This document shows positions 15,783 through 32,060 of a stretch of DNA of 64,000 nt, piece by piece. The notes under the pieces were generated by a model. It was not told where the DNA came from. It saw only the letters and a list, made by a program, of their open reading frames with translations, and made no database searches. The stretch is from assembly GCF_009914755.1 (NCBI RefSeq), contig NC_060935.1, one strand, 5' to 3'. Source of the stretch: the human T2T-CHM13v2.0 reference genome, Homo sapiens. How positions within the stretch are numbered: the first letter of the stretch is position 1; the number at the start of each line of letters is the position of its first letter. Made by a program: the position numbers and the translations under genes.

Positions 15783-17250
15783 ATTATGTTTCATTTTTTA
15801 AAAGGCTAGTTTAACTTGCAACTCAATAGCACAAGCACAGTTTCTCACTTTGATATGTAGTAGGAATACTTTTTCTTCACACAGAACATCAAAAAGAAAT
15901 CTAAAAAAGTACTTAAGAATTTCAGGATTGAGATTTAATAAAAATTGTTACCACTTCATCATGGATGGACATTCTTAAGGTAAACTTCTTTTTTTTTTTT
16001 TTAACCGGCAGATGCTTAGTGGTAAAGAATATAAGGTTTTGTTCCAGTTTGGTGCCCAAAACATCAGCAGTTTTACATAACATTGCTTTGGCACCATCAG
16101 TGCAAATGTCAACCCAGTGAAAAGATCAAATAACACGTTAGCTTTATTATTAAAATTGTTTGACCTGTGAACTCCCTGAAACGGTCTCAGGGACCCCCCA
16201 CCCCATAAGGTCTACAGACCACACTTGGAGAACTACTGCATTAGACCTTGCATCACAATCCTGGGAATTCAGGGAGGTAGCATGGCTTTCCACCACCAGC
16301 AAGTACTACACAGGGTAAGAATATAAAGAAACAGGCATCTCATTTATGTCTTAGAAGAGCAATTGAAGTAACTCCATGAAAGTAAATGGTTAATTTAAAG
16401 GCACAGCCACACAATGAGTTTCTGATTTGAGAAGACGAAGGGTCAAATGACCCCATTTCTGCCCCCTTCTTATGGCTGCTTTCATCATAACTTAGTTCTT
16501 CCCTCTCCTTCTTATCTCCCCTGACCTAGAAGAGTGTAGGGGACAGAGTTTGCAAGACTGTACTTAAGCCAAGGTAGTAAATTCAAATGCCTACAGGGGC
16601 TGGGCAATCTATATGAACGAAGTGCTTTACTTAAAAGAATGTGGGTCTAATGTCTCCAAATCTTAGTTTTCCAAAACCCAGGAAATTATTTTTATTTACA
16701 TTTTAAAATGTTAACAAAAAGTTAAATTTTAAAACATTGCCTTGCCACAAACCACCTCCTTTTAACATCTTACCACATCTATATCTAAGAAAAGGAAAAT
16801 ATTTACTGGAGTACCTTAACCTTGCTAAGGAATGATGGAACAAGTCATTCCACATCACATTGGGAATAAGAATTTCAAAGATTGTTTGCATGAAGGGTAC
16901 AGAACAAATTATCATAAAAATAACACTCATTTTAGGGAGAAAATGTGAGCGAGAAATAGTAGGTAATGAGAGTACCTACTCTTTGCTAGGCTGTGTTATA
17001 TGTGATATATTATTTGTTTGCTTGTTTAATGTATGTCTTAGACATAGTCTTAGGGAAGGACTTTTGTTCACAATTGTACCTGCCCCTCACTTGCCTGGCA
17101 CCTAGCGTAGGAACATAGTACACACTCAATTAATATTTATAAAACGAATGAATGAATCTCATTATTTTTTCATTATACAGACAAGAAAACAGATTCAAAG
17201 AGAACATGCTATTTGTTCAATATAATTCAGTGAGTAAAAACAGAACTAGG

Positions 17251-17387
17251 AGGCTGGGCGTGATGGTCATGCCTGTAATCCCAGTGCTTTGGGAGGGCGA
17301 GGTAGGAGGGCTGCTTGAGGCTAGCAGTTTGAGACCAGCCTGGGCAACATACAAGACCTTATCTTTAAAAACAACAACAAAAAAAAC
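17251..17387 (+). mobile_element. FLAM / Alu monomer
   Basis: Single left monomer with A tail; TSD aaaaacagaactagga. Confidence 0.88.
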
Positions 17388-19839
17388 AGAACTAGGAAAT
17401 GAACCCAACTTTCTGTGTTCTTTCCATTAATCTTATCCTCTGAAATTAAAGTAAAACCCAAATATGTAACTCCTTTTTTCTGCTATTGTATAAGCTGTTC
17501 TCAAAGACTCTAGAATTTCTCTTTTCACGTTTTGTTACTCTGAGTTTAATGGCAACAAGGTTTTCCACCCTAGTTTCCAATAAAGCTTTAGGAATGTAAT
17601 TGCCATGTAGAACACTCTATCCAACACAGGAAAGAAAGACTCCTAAAAATTCCTAATCTTCCAATTAGATTATTTTTACTTTGTGCTGAAGAAAACCTCG
17701 CCTGATCCTATGGATTTCCCCTAAATGCCATATATCAAAAACTACCGATAAAGGCAAACAAAAACCCCCAAGGCTAGGGAGGTTAAAATGAAACTGGAAA
17801 CTGTACATATTGCTGGTGAATAAATTGGTACGATCCTTTTGGAAAAAATACATAGTAACATAAAATGAATCACAAAAATGTTCATACCATATAATCCAGC
17901 AGTCTCACTTCTGGGAATTTATCCTAGACAAGTTATTCAACAGGAGAAGAAAAAATTATATACAAATGCTCATTCCATCATTGTCTCTAACAGCAAAGAA
18001 TACAATAAGAATTTTTTAAAAAAACAAAATACACAAGAAAGTGGCTTAATAAAAGATAGCACATGCTGAAAATAAATTATTCTTCAGCTGTTAAAAATAA
18101 TCATGAAGACTGGGTAGTGATACGAAAAACTGCCATGGTATTAAATAAAAAGAATACAAAAGGATTTGTATACTATGATCACTAACTTTGCAGACAGCTA
18201 TGTCTCCATGTATACAAGGGTTGAAAGGTAATACTCAGAAAAGAAAATGGCATCACAGGGTGGAATGATTTGAGTTGCTTATACTTATATTTTTTTCAGA
18301 ATTTTCTTTACTGTTGTACTGTCTATTACGTATAATTTTTCAAGTCTTTCTGAAGTAAATTGGGATTTCTGAGCTTTTCTCTAATTCTCACTTGGAAAAA
18401 AAGCAGAAACACTGCTTCTTCCCATCTTGATTAACAGTGCTCTACTTAAAAAAGAAAACGAACATATTTCCAAATGTCCACATCTAAAGAGGGAGAGCAA
18501 GAAAACAGAGCTGGATTCATTCAGGATGTTGCTGCTATCTGAAGGACTGATGTCGAATTCAGGAACCCAGTGAGGAGAGAAAGGAAGAGGGATCACCAGG
18601 GCCTTCTTCAGGGTGATGATGTGTTCCCAAGGCCACCTGGAGAGAGGCCTGGGGCAGCAAAAAATCAGCACACTTGCCTGCCTCACCAGGCTGCTGTCTG
18701 GTATCATCTCTTCCGTTCATTTCTGAGGTATTTTCTGAGGCCCTCACACTCTGAGGAAGCCCAGATGCCTGAGATGTCACAAAGCCATGCTGTACTTCAG
18801 AAGAGATGTCACAGAGAAGGACACCCCTCAGGAGTCATGGCCAAAGGTCATGTCCCATGTGCCTAGCTGGGAGGGACAGGTCCCCTAATGCCAAATATCT
18901 GGCTGCTACTCCACTTTGCAGACAGAAAACTCAGCTTTGTCTGCTCTCTCAGACCTCTGTCAACCTAGGAAAAGTGACACACACTGAACAAACACCACAT
19001 GAGCTGTGTGTTTAAGTCATGTGGTTGCCTTTTGAAGGAGAGGGAGCTGGATAGAAAACTGGATTGAGCCAGACAACTACCCAGGGTACTCCCTCTACAA
19101 CCAGATCAAGCCATTGATGAGAAGAATGTTAGGTGAACACAGAACCCAACGGGTAGTGCTGGGTCCACTCTGGGAGGCCTTCTGTTCAGCCGCGTGACCT
19201 GAGGGACAGAACGTAGCTCCTCTATAACCAAGGAACCTGGCAAACTATCCAAGAGGAGTGTCTTAGCACCCAGAACCCTACCTCAACCCCTTGCAGTGGT
19301 GGTCCTTATTGTAGGCCCCAGCTCTAATACCACTGATGGTTCCCTTTCATTCCCAAGGCCCTGCCCAGCTTACCTCCATTGACAGATCATCTTCCCAAGG
19401 TTAGGTTCCAGGTAACCCAGCTCATTTCTTGTGCACTTACTGGCCAGTTTTGATGTCAAATAGACGACGATGTCTTCTTTGATCTCCCCTCCTATTCTCA
19501 AGACCCCTCTTCCTGCTGGTCACATGCAGTATGTGATTAAGGTTGATGGAGGGATGAAGACCATAATGCTGTAAGGTCAGAGAGGGACTGGTCACTGAGG
19601 TAAAAGCAGGGGATCTGGAGAGAGAAGACTAAAGGCTAGGCCCAGGCTCTGTACCTGACCACCTATGCAGCGTCTGACAAGTCACCCAATTCTTCTGTGC
19701 TTCAGTTTTCACACACGTAAAATGAGGCTGGTAGTGCTGTACCTTCAGGCAGATGTATTTTGTAAATTGCCAAGTGCTCTGAAAATGTTGGTTGTTATCC
19801 TTGTGGACTGAAGTGTTCTGGGAAGAAGCAGAATATAAA

Positions 19840-21186
<1,347 letters not shown>

Positions 21187-21666
21187 AGAATTTTGGATAT
21201 TTTAGCTAAAATATATTTTAGCTGAAGGGGGCAAGACAAAGAAAAATAAATAAATACACGCTCACACATACACACAGAGAATAACTGAGGGGATGGGATT
21301 TTAAAAATTTATTTCATTTTTCCCATGGGATCTATTAATAGACTAGCGAGGGGATGGGATCTTGAACACTGGTTGAAGGAACCGACTTAAGAGCGAAGAC
21401 ATGCTGCTATTAGCGAAGACAGGGAGGTGAGGGTAAGTTCATTTATTCACTCAACAATCACTAGTTGAGTGTGGATTAAAAAAAACAGTCCTTGACCACA
21501 TAAGGAATTAGGTCTAGTAGGGAAGACAAACGTAGGTCAATAAATTACATAAGGGTTATACTAGATTGTGTGGTGGTACAGGTGGGGAAGCGAGCAACTG
21601 TCTGCATTGTGTCCAGGAAAGGGTCACAGGCGTGTTATGTAGATTCTGGAGAAAATTCAAAAATAG

Positions 21667-21828
<162 letters not shown>

Positions 21829-22541
21829 TAGAAAAAGTATTTACAACATCTGCATTAAAAGGACCATAAAGCAACCAGGCATCTAAGTCCCTGAAGCAAT
21901 TTAAGTTGCTCAAACTTGAGAGGACAACCAAATGATAGCAAAAGGGCAAAAGAGAAAGGAAGCTGCAGTGCCCACTCAGAAGTGTGAGAGCGGGAGAAGG
22001 CATTTCGGGAGCCGCCCGAGCTTCAGGAAACCGAGCGAGACACCAGGTGGGCACACTGAGGATTAAAGAGGGCCTCGCGGTTCCGCACTGCGGCCGGGAG
22101 ACAAACCAGTAGCCACTATCACCAGCCCCGGGCAGACCACTAAGAACTGTGGAGGTGCGCGGGGCGGCTCAGGGCTGGCGCATTTGGTGAGGAGCTCAGA
22201 CAACGAGGCCCTTAGGGTCGGCTTAGGCGGTTCCCTGACCAAGGCGCCAGAAAAGGGCCTGGCTCAAGCAAGCACGGGCGGCGTGCAGTACAGCACACCT
22301 AGCCCCGATTCTTCAACAGTTCTCGCCCTCCGAGCCTAGCACAACGAGCCTCACCGAAACCGTACACCGCCACCAGGACACTCCGTGATGGGGGATCACC
22401 ACCCTCAGAAAGAGGAAGCGACTAGCAGGCGCGCAATCCCGCGAGACCAGGAGGCCCCGCCCGAAGCCCGGCCTCTGTGACCGGAAGTGAGGCGTTTTGC
22501 CCCGCCCCCGTGGCCGATACCTCGCGAGACTTGGCGAAGGC

Positions 22542-22551
22542 CTTCCTTTTT
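22542..22551 (+). promoter_or_regulatory. RPL27A: TCT initiator / 5'TOP tract of RPL27A
   Basis: CTTCCTTTTT about 26 nt upstream of the ATG, typical of ribosomal protein mRNAs. Confidence 0.85.
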
Positions 22552-22567
22552 CGTCTGGGCTGCCAAC

Positions 22568-22570
22568 ATG
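22568..22570 (+). CDS. RPL27A: 60S ribosomal protein L27a (uL15) exon 1 coding part (ATG only)
   Basis: GCCAACATG|GTAGGT; joins in frame to exon 2. Full CDS join(22568..22570,22956..23019,23760..23835,24472..24646,25432..25560) = 148 aa. Confidence 0.95.
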
Positions 22571-22919
22571 GTAGGTGTTTCGTTTCTTGCCTCCTCTTCC
22601 TTGCCGGCGGAGACCCCTAAGCTGTATTCCCATTGCCCCTAGTCATCCACTCCCTACCATGGTCGGGGCTTCCAGGCTGCGCATGGCCGCCTGCGGGGCA
22701 GGGTGGCCGGCGCGGGCCCGGGGCGGGGCTCCCGGAGCCGTGTGTTAGGCCCGCGGTTCGGATCTCTAGGACACGCGGGCCCCTGCGCTACCGTGGTGAG
22801 ACCTCACGGCCCTGAGCGGATCGGTACCCTCAGCTTTCCCAAACGCTCCAGAAGTTAGGTCTTTGACCCACAGGCTTACAGGACCATCTCGGCTGGCGGG
22901 CATCGCCCCCTGCCCCTAA

Positions 22920-23069
<150 letters not shown>

Positions 23070-23437
23070 TAGCTAGTCTGGAGATCGGTAGCCTATAAGT
23101 GGGTTAGAATAAGACCTTTTTGTGGTCAAGTTGCACAGCTGTTGATTTTTTTCTGACGATCCTCTAGTATTCCAGTTCTAAGGAATTTCACATCAGTGGG
23201 GTAATAGGAATTGAGCAGGCACGGTATTGGGTTAGTTGAAGACATGGAGTACTGTGGGAATGCTGTGATGTGGAACCTGAAAAGATGTTTCACCCGGAAT
23301 CCTAAAGTAATCGCATTGCTGAAAACCGGCATCGGTAGGGTGGGAACAGCGTAAGCGGGACACAGAAGTCTGGGAAACACTCTGCTTTTGTGCGAGGAAG
23401 TATTGAGATGCATGAGAAGGCTGTGTGGTGCATGTAG

Positions 23438-23735
<298 letters not shown>

Positions 23736-23743
23736 CCACGTAG

Positions 23744-23835
<92 letters not shown>

Positions 23836-23980
23836 GTAAGTGTCCTTGGACTGCTTTTATTGACACAGCTTGGGAGGTAGGGGCAGAGAGAGGGCTGGCT
23901 TAAACAAAAAGTTTAGAAGCAAGCCTTGCCTATTGCTGTTTTTTACCAAGTTAACACTTGGTGTGAACTGAGAACCTGTC

Positions 23981-24110
23981 ATCGAGGCTAGAGTCACGCT
24001 TGGGTATCGGCTATTGCCTGAGTGTGCTAGAGTCCTCGAAGAGTAACTGCTGACCTTATTCACTGGCTGTGGGCCTTATGGCACAGTCAGTCACCAGGTT
24101 AGAGACATGC
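23981..24110 (+). ncRNA. SNORA3A: Box H/ACA snoRNA ACA3 (SNORA3A, also called SNORA45A)
   Basis: Intronic hairpin-hinge-hairpin-tail; H box AGAGTA 24040-24045; ACA 24105-24107, 3 nt from the end; sequence recognised. Confidence 0.92.
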
Positions 24111-24448
24111 TTCACATTCACCTACCCACAAACTAGTGGATGATAAATTTTGGCTATTCAGAAGACGTTTATTATAGGAGTATGTAGATTTTCCATAGAG
24201 TGCTGTTATGTGACTTGAATTTTAGTCTCGGCCCTGCCTCTGACATTGTCGGTGGTTTATCCTGGTTCCAGGAAATAAGACTAGCCTTTTCCTCATGATA
24301 GTCTTTGGTGGTTTTTAAAACAGTTGTTTAAGTCAACAGATGTATCATATGCCTGACACTGCTCTACACCAGTGAATAATTTACACTCTAATAGGGGGTG
24401 GTAACTATAAAGATGATAAACATAGCATCTTAATTGGAGTGTGTATGA

Positions 24449-24652
<204 letters not shown>

Positions 24653-25192
24653 TAATTGGATGTTTTTCTGTACTTCCATACCTTCCCTTACAAAACTCTG
24701 GCTTAATCTAATCCACTTATATAATCTGTACTTCCCAGTTACCTACCAGACATTGATATTCTTCCTGTGGTAGAATTATCATAGGTAGTTCCCTATCCGT
24801 AGCAGTGCCTACTGTCACTGCCCAGGTTGTATCAGGTTTGCATTTCGTGCTTGAACTATAGCTGGTTTTCACTGAGCACAGCTCTTGGCCCTTCATGTTC
24901 TCCAGATAATAGAATCCTAATATGTTCCATTGATACTCAGTGCCATGCATTATCTGAAGAGATTTTCCCCCAAAACAGATGTATTATGTCTGTCCTTGCG
25001 GGGGTTCTGGTCCCTGTGTCAGTCTTAACTCTCATGAATATAGAGGTAGTGTTAAGAGGCCAGAACCCTAGGGACGCTTTAAATTCACTTCCCAGCCTAT
25101 TTAATGTCCATTGAGTAGTTCTGGTGGTCAGGAAGGTGGTTGTCTTCTTTTGCTTAGCAGGGGGTATTTGAGCAGGAGGAGGCTTATGCTTT

Positions 25193-25323
25193 GCCGAGAC
25201 TAGAGTCACATCCTGACACAACTCTTGTCCTGGTGTGCTAGAGTACTCGAAGAGAATCTACTGGTCTTGATTCACTGGTGGGGGCAGTCGGTGCCCCCGT
25301 TAGTGCCCAGATCAGAAACATAC
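25193..25323 (+). ncRNA. SNORA3B: Box H/ACA snoRNA ACA3-2 (SNORA3B, also called SNORA45B)
   Basis: Paralog of 23981-24110; H box AGAGAA 25251-25256; ACA 25318-25320. Confidence 0.9.
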
Positions 25324-25431
25324 ATACCCTGCCTAGGGATTTAGAAAGTGGGTTGGCAGTCTTTCCTCACGCCCATCACGCAGTTGGTACCTACTACAGT
25401 GTATTGTAAACTTTTTTCTCTGTTCTTCTAG

Positions 25432-25560
<129 letters not shown>

Positions 25561-25580
25561 AGCCACATGGAGGGAGTTTC

Positions 25581-25586
25581 ATTAAA
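25581..25586 (+). terminator. RPL27A: Proximal poly(A) signal ATTAAA of RPL27A
   Basis: ATTAAA 20 nt after the stop, followed by a U/GU-rich downstream element (ttttccttgtggtgtgagtgt). Confidence 0.8.
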
Positions 25587-25995
25587 TGCTAACTACTTTT
25601 TCCTTGTGGTGTGAGTGTAGGTTCTTCAGTGGCACCTCTACATCCTGTGTGCATTGGGAGCCCAGGTTCTAGTACTTAGGGTATGAAGACATGGGGTCCT
25701 CTCCTGACTTCCCTCAAATATATGGTAAACGTAAGACCAACACAGACGTTGGCCAGTTAAACATTTCTGTTTATAAAGTCAGAATAATACCTGTTGATCA
25801 CTGAAAGGCCTGCATGTATTGTACTCTGAATTTTACAGTGAATGAGAGAATGTACCCTAATTGTTCAACAGGGCTCAAAAGGAAAGATTCCATTTTGATG
25901 GGTCACATTCTAAAGAGGGGCAGTGTGATAGGAATGAGATGGTCCTTTAGGACTTAAGTTCTCAGCCCAAGGTTTTTCCACGTGGCCCCCTCATC

Positions 25996-26283
25996 TTTTT
26001 TTTTTTTTTAAACGGAGTCTCTCTTGCCAGGCTGGAGTGCAGTGGCACGATCTCGGCTCACTGCAGCCTCCGCCTCCCAGGTTAAGCGATTCTCCTGCCT
26101 CAGCTTCCTGACTAACTGGGATTACAGGCGCCCACCACCATGCCCAGCTAATTTTTGTATTTTCAGTAGAGATGGGGTTTCACCATGTTGGCCATGCTGG
26201 TCTCTAACTCCTAACCTCAAGTGATCTGCCCACATCGGCCTCCAAAAGTTCTGGGATTATAGTGTGAGCCACTGCGCCCGGCC
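25996..26283 (-). mobile_element. Alu
   Basis: Antisense Alu consensus. Confidence 0.93.
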
Positions 26284-26952
26284 ATGGCTCCTTAATCTTG
26301 ATCCAAATTATTGTTACATCCAGAATGTGATGAATCAAAATCTCGAGATGGGGGTCCAGCAATCTGCAATTTCAGTATGCCAGGGCTTTTCTGTATGTCA
26401 AAGTGGGTTTGAAATAGTTAATTTTTCTTCTAGTCTGAAATGTATCGGGAAAATTTGGAAATCCTGAAGGCTGGAAATTGAAATAAGTTTTTCTAGGATT
26501 TGTGTCTCTTGCTATTGGAAAACTGATGGTGACCAATTCATGTTTACAAATAAGATCCTCATAGATCTCGGTAAATTATAATTTGCTACAGTTTTATGGT
26601 TCTTCCTGTGATTTTGAGCTTTTTTTGACCCAAAATAATACAGTCTAAAACTATAGACAAATAAGATGGCACTTAGACTCCTGGGTTTTAGTTAGTGGAG
26701 GTTTCCTTAGTGCACTGTGGGGTCATAATAAGCCGAGAACCATGGCTGTCTATGGGACACATCTGTCAGGACAACCTTTAGAGGATGTTGGGGATCAAAT
26801 AGAAGGCACAGAGAAGCACTGAATTGGCTTACATAAGAATAGGCTAGAATTACAAGTAGTGAAACCTCGATTCAGCTGGACAATTTTAAACAAATGTATC
26901 ATTTGGCTTGTATCTTCTGTTGTGCTGGAGAAGTTAGAAATAAGGGCTCTCC

Positions 26953-27161
26953 AGACCAGCCTGACCAACCTGGAGAAACCTTGTCTCTACTAAATACACA
27001 AAATTAGCCAGGCGTGGTGGCACATGCCTGTAATCCCAGCTACTTTGGAGGCTGAGCCAGGAGAATCTCCAGGAGGCGGAGGTTGCTGTGAGCCGAGATC
27101 GTGCCATTGCACTCCAGCTTGGGCAACAAGAGTGAAACTCTGTCCACCCCCCCCAAAAAAA
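26953..27161 (+). mobile_element. 5'-truncated Alu
   Basis: Starts at agaccagcctgacc; TSD taagggctctcca on both sides. Confidence 0.92.
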
Positions 27162-27359
27162 GTAAGGGCTCTCCATTAGGGCCCATAGAGGACTTGTAAT
27201 ATGGAACCTGAATCCAAGGATCCCACAATAAGTGGTCAGTAGTTCATGATGAATTAAAAGACTCAATATTTGGTCTTCACCCAATACCTGTGTGACTTTT
27301 AGTCCTAATTTCCTCATCTTTAAAATTTCAGTGAAAGTGCCTACCTGAGGATTGTGTAG

Positions 27360-27673
<314 letters not shown>

Positions 27674-28489
27674 CAGGCACTTAATTTTTGTGTTTGACTT
27701 AGTAACTTAAGTGCAAACTATTACGGGAGCAGATGGAGTCAATTGGCCTTCATGTGATTGTCAGTGGGAAATTGGTCCAAGCAGAGGGAATACTGGTTCA
27801 GGAAACTGGTTTGGGAAGGTTAGGCAAACGGGAAGTGCTATGGTGGAGAGAAAGATTACTCTGGCCGGGCTGTAAAGGACGGCTACAATGGGAGGCTGAA
27901 GGCAGAACCAAGAAAATGGGAGTGAGTATGGAAAAGGTACGATTCAGACGGCATAATGGACGGGACTTGGAGACTGAATTGTAGTGGGCCGACCACAAAA
28001 TGATAAGGCATGGAAGGAAGTAGAGTTTGGGGGGAAGGATCCCTAGTCCCTTAATGGCTACCTTCTTCCCCAGGAGTTGTTAGGCCATCCGATCCCCTGG
28101 CCTGGGAAAGAAACACTGATTTCGTTGCTGGCTTGTTCACTCACCAGAAGCTACAGCTACTAACAGTTCTAAAAACTGTTTCATGTGATGAGGAACAGAC
28201 GAAAATAGTTTTGAGCCCTAAGTCCGCCGATTCCAGTGCTTTCTTGAACCCGCATTTACTAAAATATTTTCATGACTGCCAAGCTTTGAATAGCCTGCTG
28301 TGTTCATGGAGGCTCATACTGGCGATCTCTAGTGGCTGGCTAAAGCTTGAATTGCAAAAGATCTAATTTCTGGTCTAATGTATATATGCCTTAAATATAG
28401 TTGCGTTCAAACGTGGGAGCTGCAGGTGCAACTTGATTTTATGACAAATGGCTGCCACATAATTTGCACAAGCAGTGCTCGTCAAGGGC

Positions 28490-29000
28490 AGCTAAATCAG
28501 GCGAGCTTTCAATCAAAATAAATGTACTACTAAACCCTACTTAGCGGCTAACTAGCCCAAGAGCAGACAGCCCACGGACGGACTGCAAGTCGGAAGCGCG
28601 GGCGGAAGCTGTGCAGCGCCCACCTGGTGGCTCCATCGGCCGCGTTCATCAGTCAGCACGACCCGACCTCAGTGGCGTCCTCACAACACAGACCGGACCT
28701 TGGGTCTTACCCCGGCACCTGAGAACCACTTCCGGTGAGTAGCTTCTACTTCCGGAGACGATGACTCCCCCGCGTCCCAGACCGGAAGAAGCCCGGCGGA
28801 GACCGGCCTCGCTCGGCCACTTCCGGCAAGGGCGGAGCCGGCCAGTGGTGCGCGAGCGCAGATAACTCCCCTGGAGAGGCGGGATGTTCAACTCCACCCC
28901 TGGTCCTTGGGCGGCCGTGGGTCCCCTTCGAAGCGGAGGAATGGCCAACCTCGCCGCACTTCGAGCCCCTTTAGGGTGCGTTTAAGAACAGTGGGCGTGG
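28490..29000. promoter_or_regulatory. Second CpG island with clustered ETS/GABP motifs
   Basis: CpG-rich; CGGAAG 28591 and 28603; ACTTCCGG 28728, 28748, 28819; ACCGGAAG 28781; GC box 28830. Confidence 0.75.
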
Positions 29001-29659
29001 CCTTTACGTAAATCTTCGAGATGGGAACCTCCAGAATTTGTCTCAATTGTCTAAAAGGTAATGAGCGTCAGCGACATTCAAGGGCACTTTGGGCTAAAAA
29101 AGAAAGTGCTTGTACACGGATGGAAATATTCTAGAAGAACATAAAAGGAATTTCCTCTTAGGAGGTTAGGGAAATGAGCACGAAGTATGTTTTGGTGCAG
29201 TTTTTTGTTCAACCCAATGCGTATTTTCATATTGAGAGGCAATATAAATGGAGCGAAAGTATCTTGAGAAAAAAAAAAAAACTACCAGAACTTGCCGTTG
29301 CTGAAAAGTAATATTTTCTCTTTCGAGAGTTTTCATGGCCTTTTAAATTACACCCCCACCTCCACAGGCAAATAAATTTGTTTTGGAATGCATACCACAT
29401 CATCTGGCTCTAGAAACGTATTTTGTGTAGCTCCCCTAGCAAGAATATAGGTTAAAGCGTAAATTTAATTCCTGGCTCTATTTTACATCCCAATTTTTAT
29501 TTTCCTCTCATTCCCACTTTACGTTGTTTCAAATAACCTAGTTTGTGTATCCCTGTAAGTCATTTTGGTATAAAGTAGGTTATAAGTGTACATGCGAAAA
29601 GATGTTTTTAACAAAAATGTAACTGAGCTGTGACTAATCCCACTTATTTTCTTGGGTCG

Positions 29660-30076
29660 TGCTATGGTTTGGATGTGGTTTGAAACTTGGCCCGCAGTAT
29701 GGCAGTGTTGGAAGGTGGAGCCTATTGGGAGGTGTTTGGATCATGGAGGTAGATCTCTTACAAATAGATTAATGTTCTCCTGTGGGGATGAGTGAGTTCT
29801 CACTCTGCTGGGAATGGAGAGCAGGTTGTTTAAAAGGCGTCTGGCTTCCTCAGTTTCTCTCTCTTGCTTCCTCTCTTACTACCCGATCTCTTTGCACACG
29901 CCCAGCTCCCCTTCTGCTTTCTGCCGTGAGCTGAAACAGCCTGAGGCCCTCCCCAGGTATTGCTGCCCAATCTTTAACTTTTCAGCCATCAGAACCATAA
30001 GCCAAATAAGTCTTTTTTCTTTATCAATTACCCAGTCCCAGGTATTCTGTTATAGCAACACAAAATGGACTAAGAT
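29660..30076 (+). mobile_element. MST-family MaLR solo LTR
   Basis: Begins tgctatggtttggatgtgg, ends tgttatagcaacacaaaatggactaaga. Confidence 0.8.
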
Positions 30077-30432
30077 GGGCCCTAATTCCACCGATTCCAA
30101 TGTCAACCAGAGTTTGACTAATGCTGTTTAAGGGCAATTCTTCAAAATATTGCTTTTTAAAAAGCCCAGAATACTTATTTCAAGACTACAGTTTATCAGA
30201 GCATTTAGAACCGTGTAATGAAGTGGCCTGCCCTGCATTAAAAGAACTAACTTAATTACAGAATAGAGGAGAACTGACACTCCTATAGGTGAGGGGACTT
30301 CCCTGGTAGAGGAGATAGCACTGTTATCCCTGAGCAACTGCCCCAGTGTTGTCAGAAAGCCACTGTTTAAGGATACTCCCTCTCAATGGCCACAATACCA
30401 TCTTTTACAGGAGTGTTTTGGAAACAGTGGGG

Positions 30433-30682
<250 letters not shown>

Positions 30683-31184
30683 TAAAATCTAACTTCATTT
30701 ACACATAACCCAAAAGTTGGTTTGTTTTTTGTTTTTGCAGTTTTCATATACTTCTGTTTCCTAGGATTCTAACTACTGTTTAAATCAGGGGAAGCTCATA
30801 CTTTGTTTTGTTGAGAACGTTACCAAAAATTGTTCATTTCAGAAAACTCACCAATAACTACTCAGTAGGATCTGAGATGCTGATACAACACTTTTCTCCA
30901 TCTGCATATGTAGCTGTTGCATTCACAGTAATTCTGTGTACAGTATAGGCATCTGATTATCTCTTCTAGTACAGTTGTACACAAGCATTTACATATTTAA
31001 ATATTATAACAAAATATTTCTGTTTTATTTCTCCCCTTTTATATTACAGTTAAGGTATATTTCGGTAGCTTATATTATCTTTGAATTTCATTTCAGGGTA
31101 GTGAAGGAGGGAATTAAAGTATTTGCTATTAAAAAAAAAACTGTTGGATCTGATAGGGATGAAAATCATTGGTTTAGAGGTCCA

Positions 31185-31250
31185 GAGATCATGTGAAAGA
31201 ACGTGGAAAGAAGCCCTGAGATCATGTGAAAGAACGTGGAAAGAAGCCCT
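31185..31250. repeat. Perfect 33-bp tandem duplication
   Basis: gagatcatgtgaaagaacgtggaaagaagccct x2. Confidence 0.97.
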
Positions 31251-31503
31251 GAATATTTTTTGTAAACCTCAAGCCAGGCCCACTGTCCACACCCTCCTCT
31301 CCCCATAAGGCTGCTGTGCCTTGGCCATGGCAATCACTCTATGGGCCCTTGCAGCCTATTCTAAGCCATTATATGCCAGTACTGATTTTCTGGATTGGGA
31401 CCAGAGCTGCAGCCACAGTAGCGGGGAGACATACCGCTCTGGTATTCACGGAAGGGCATACTAGATTTTAAAGACACATAAAAGTGGCAAAATTTATGAA
31501 TAA

Positions 31504-31625
31504 GGCTGGATGTGGTGGCTCATGCCTGTAATCCCAGCACTTTAGGAGGACTGTTTGAGCCCAGGAGTTCAAGACTAGCCTGGGCAACATAGTGAGACCC
31601 CGTTAATGCAAATTTAAAAAAAAAA
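31504..31625 (+). mobile_element. Alu left monomer / FLAM
   Basis: ggctggatgtggtggctcatgcc.. with A-rich end. Confidence 0.82.
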
Positions 31626-31752
31626 TTTACACATACACATCTTGTGATCGGATCACATGTCTAAAGTGGTTCTTTGGAGCCATGCTGAAAAAGGAGGGGT
31701 GGAGAATTGGGGAGGAAGGGAGAGAGAGCGCATGTACCTTTTAGCCTTTTAG

Positions 31753-32060
<308 letters not shown>

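Noticed and set aside
19374-19813. Possible additional TRIM66 5'UTR exons (minus-strand donors at ~19374 and ~19743)
   Set aside because: The donors are plausible, but matching acceptors and exon extents cannot be fixed from sequence alone.
31123-31308. ORF with repeated RSCERTWKEAL peptide; CRISPR-like repeat considered
   Set aside because: Simply a 33-bp tandem duplication with no spacers; human-type DNA with no cas genes.
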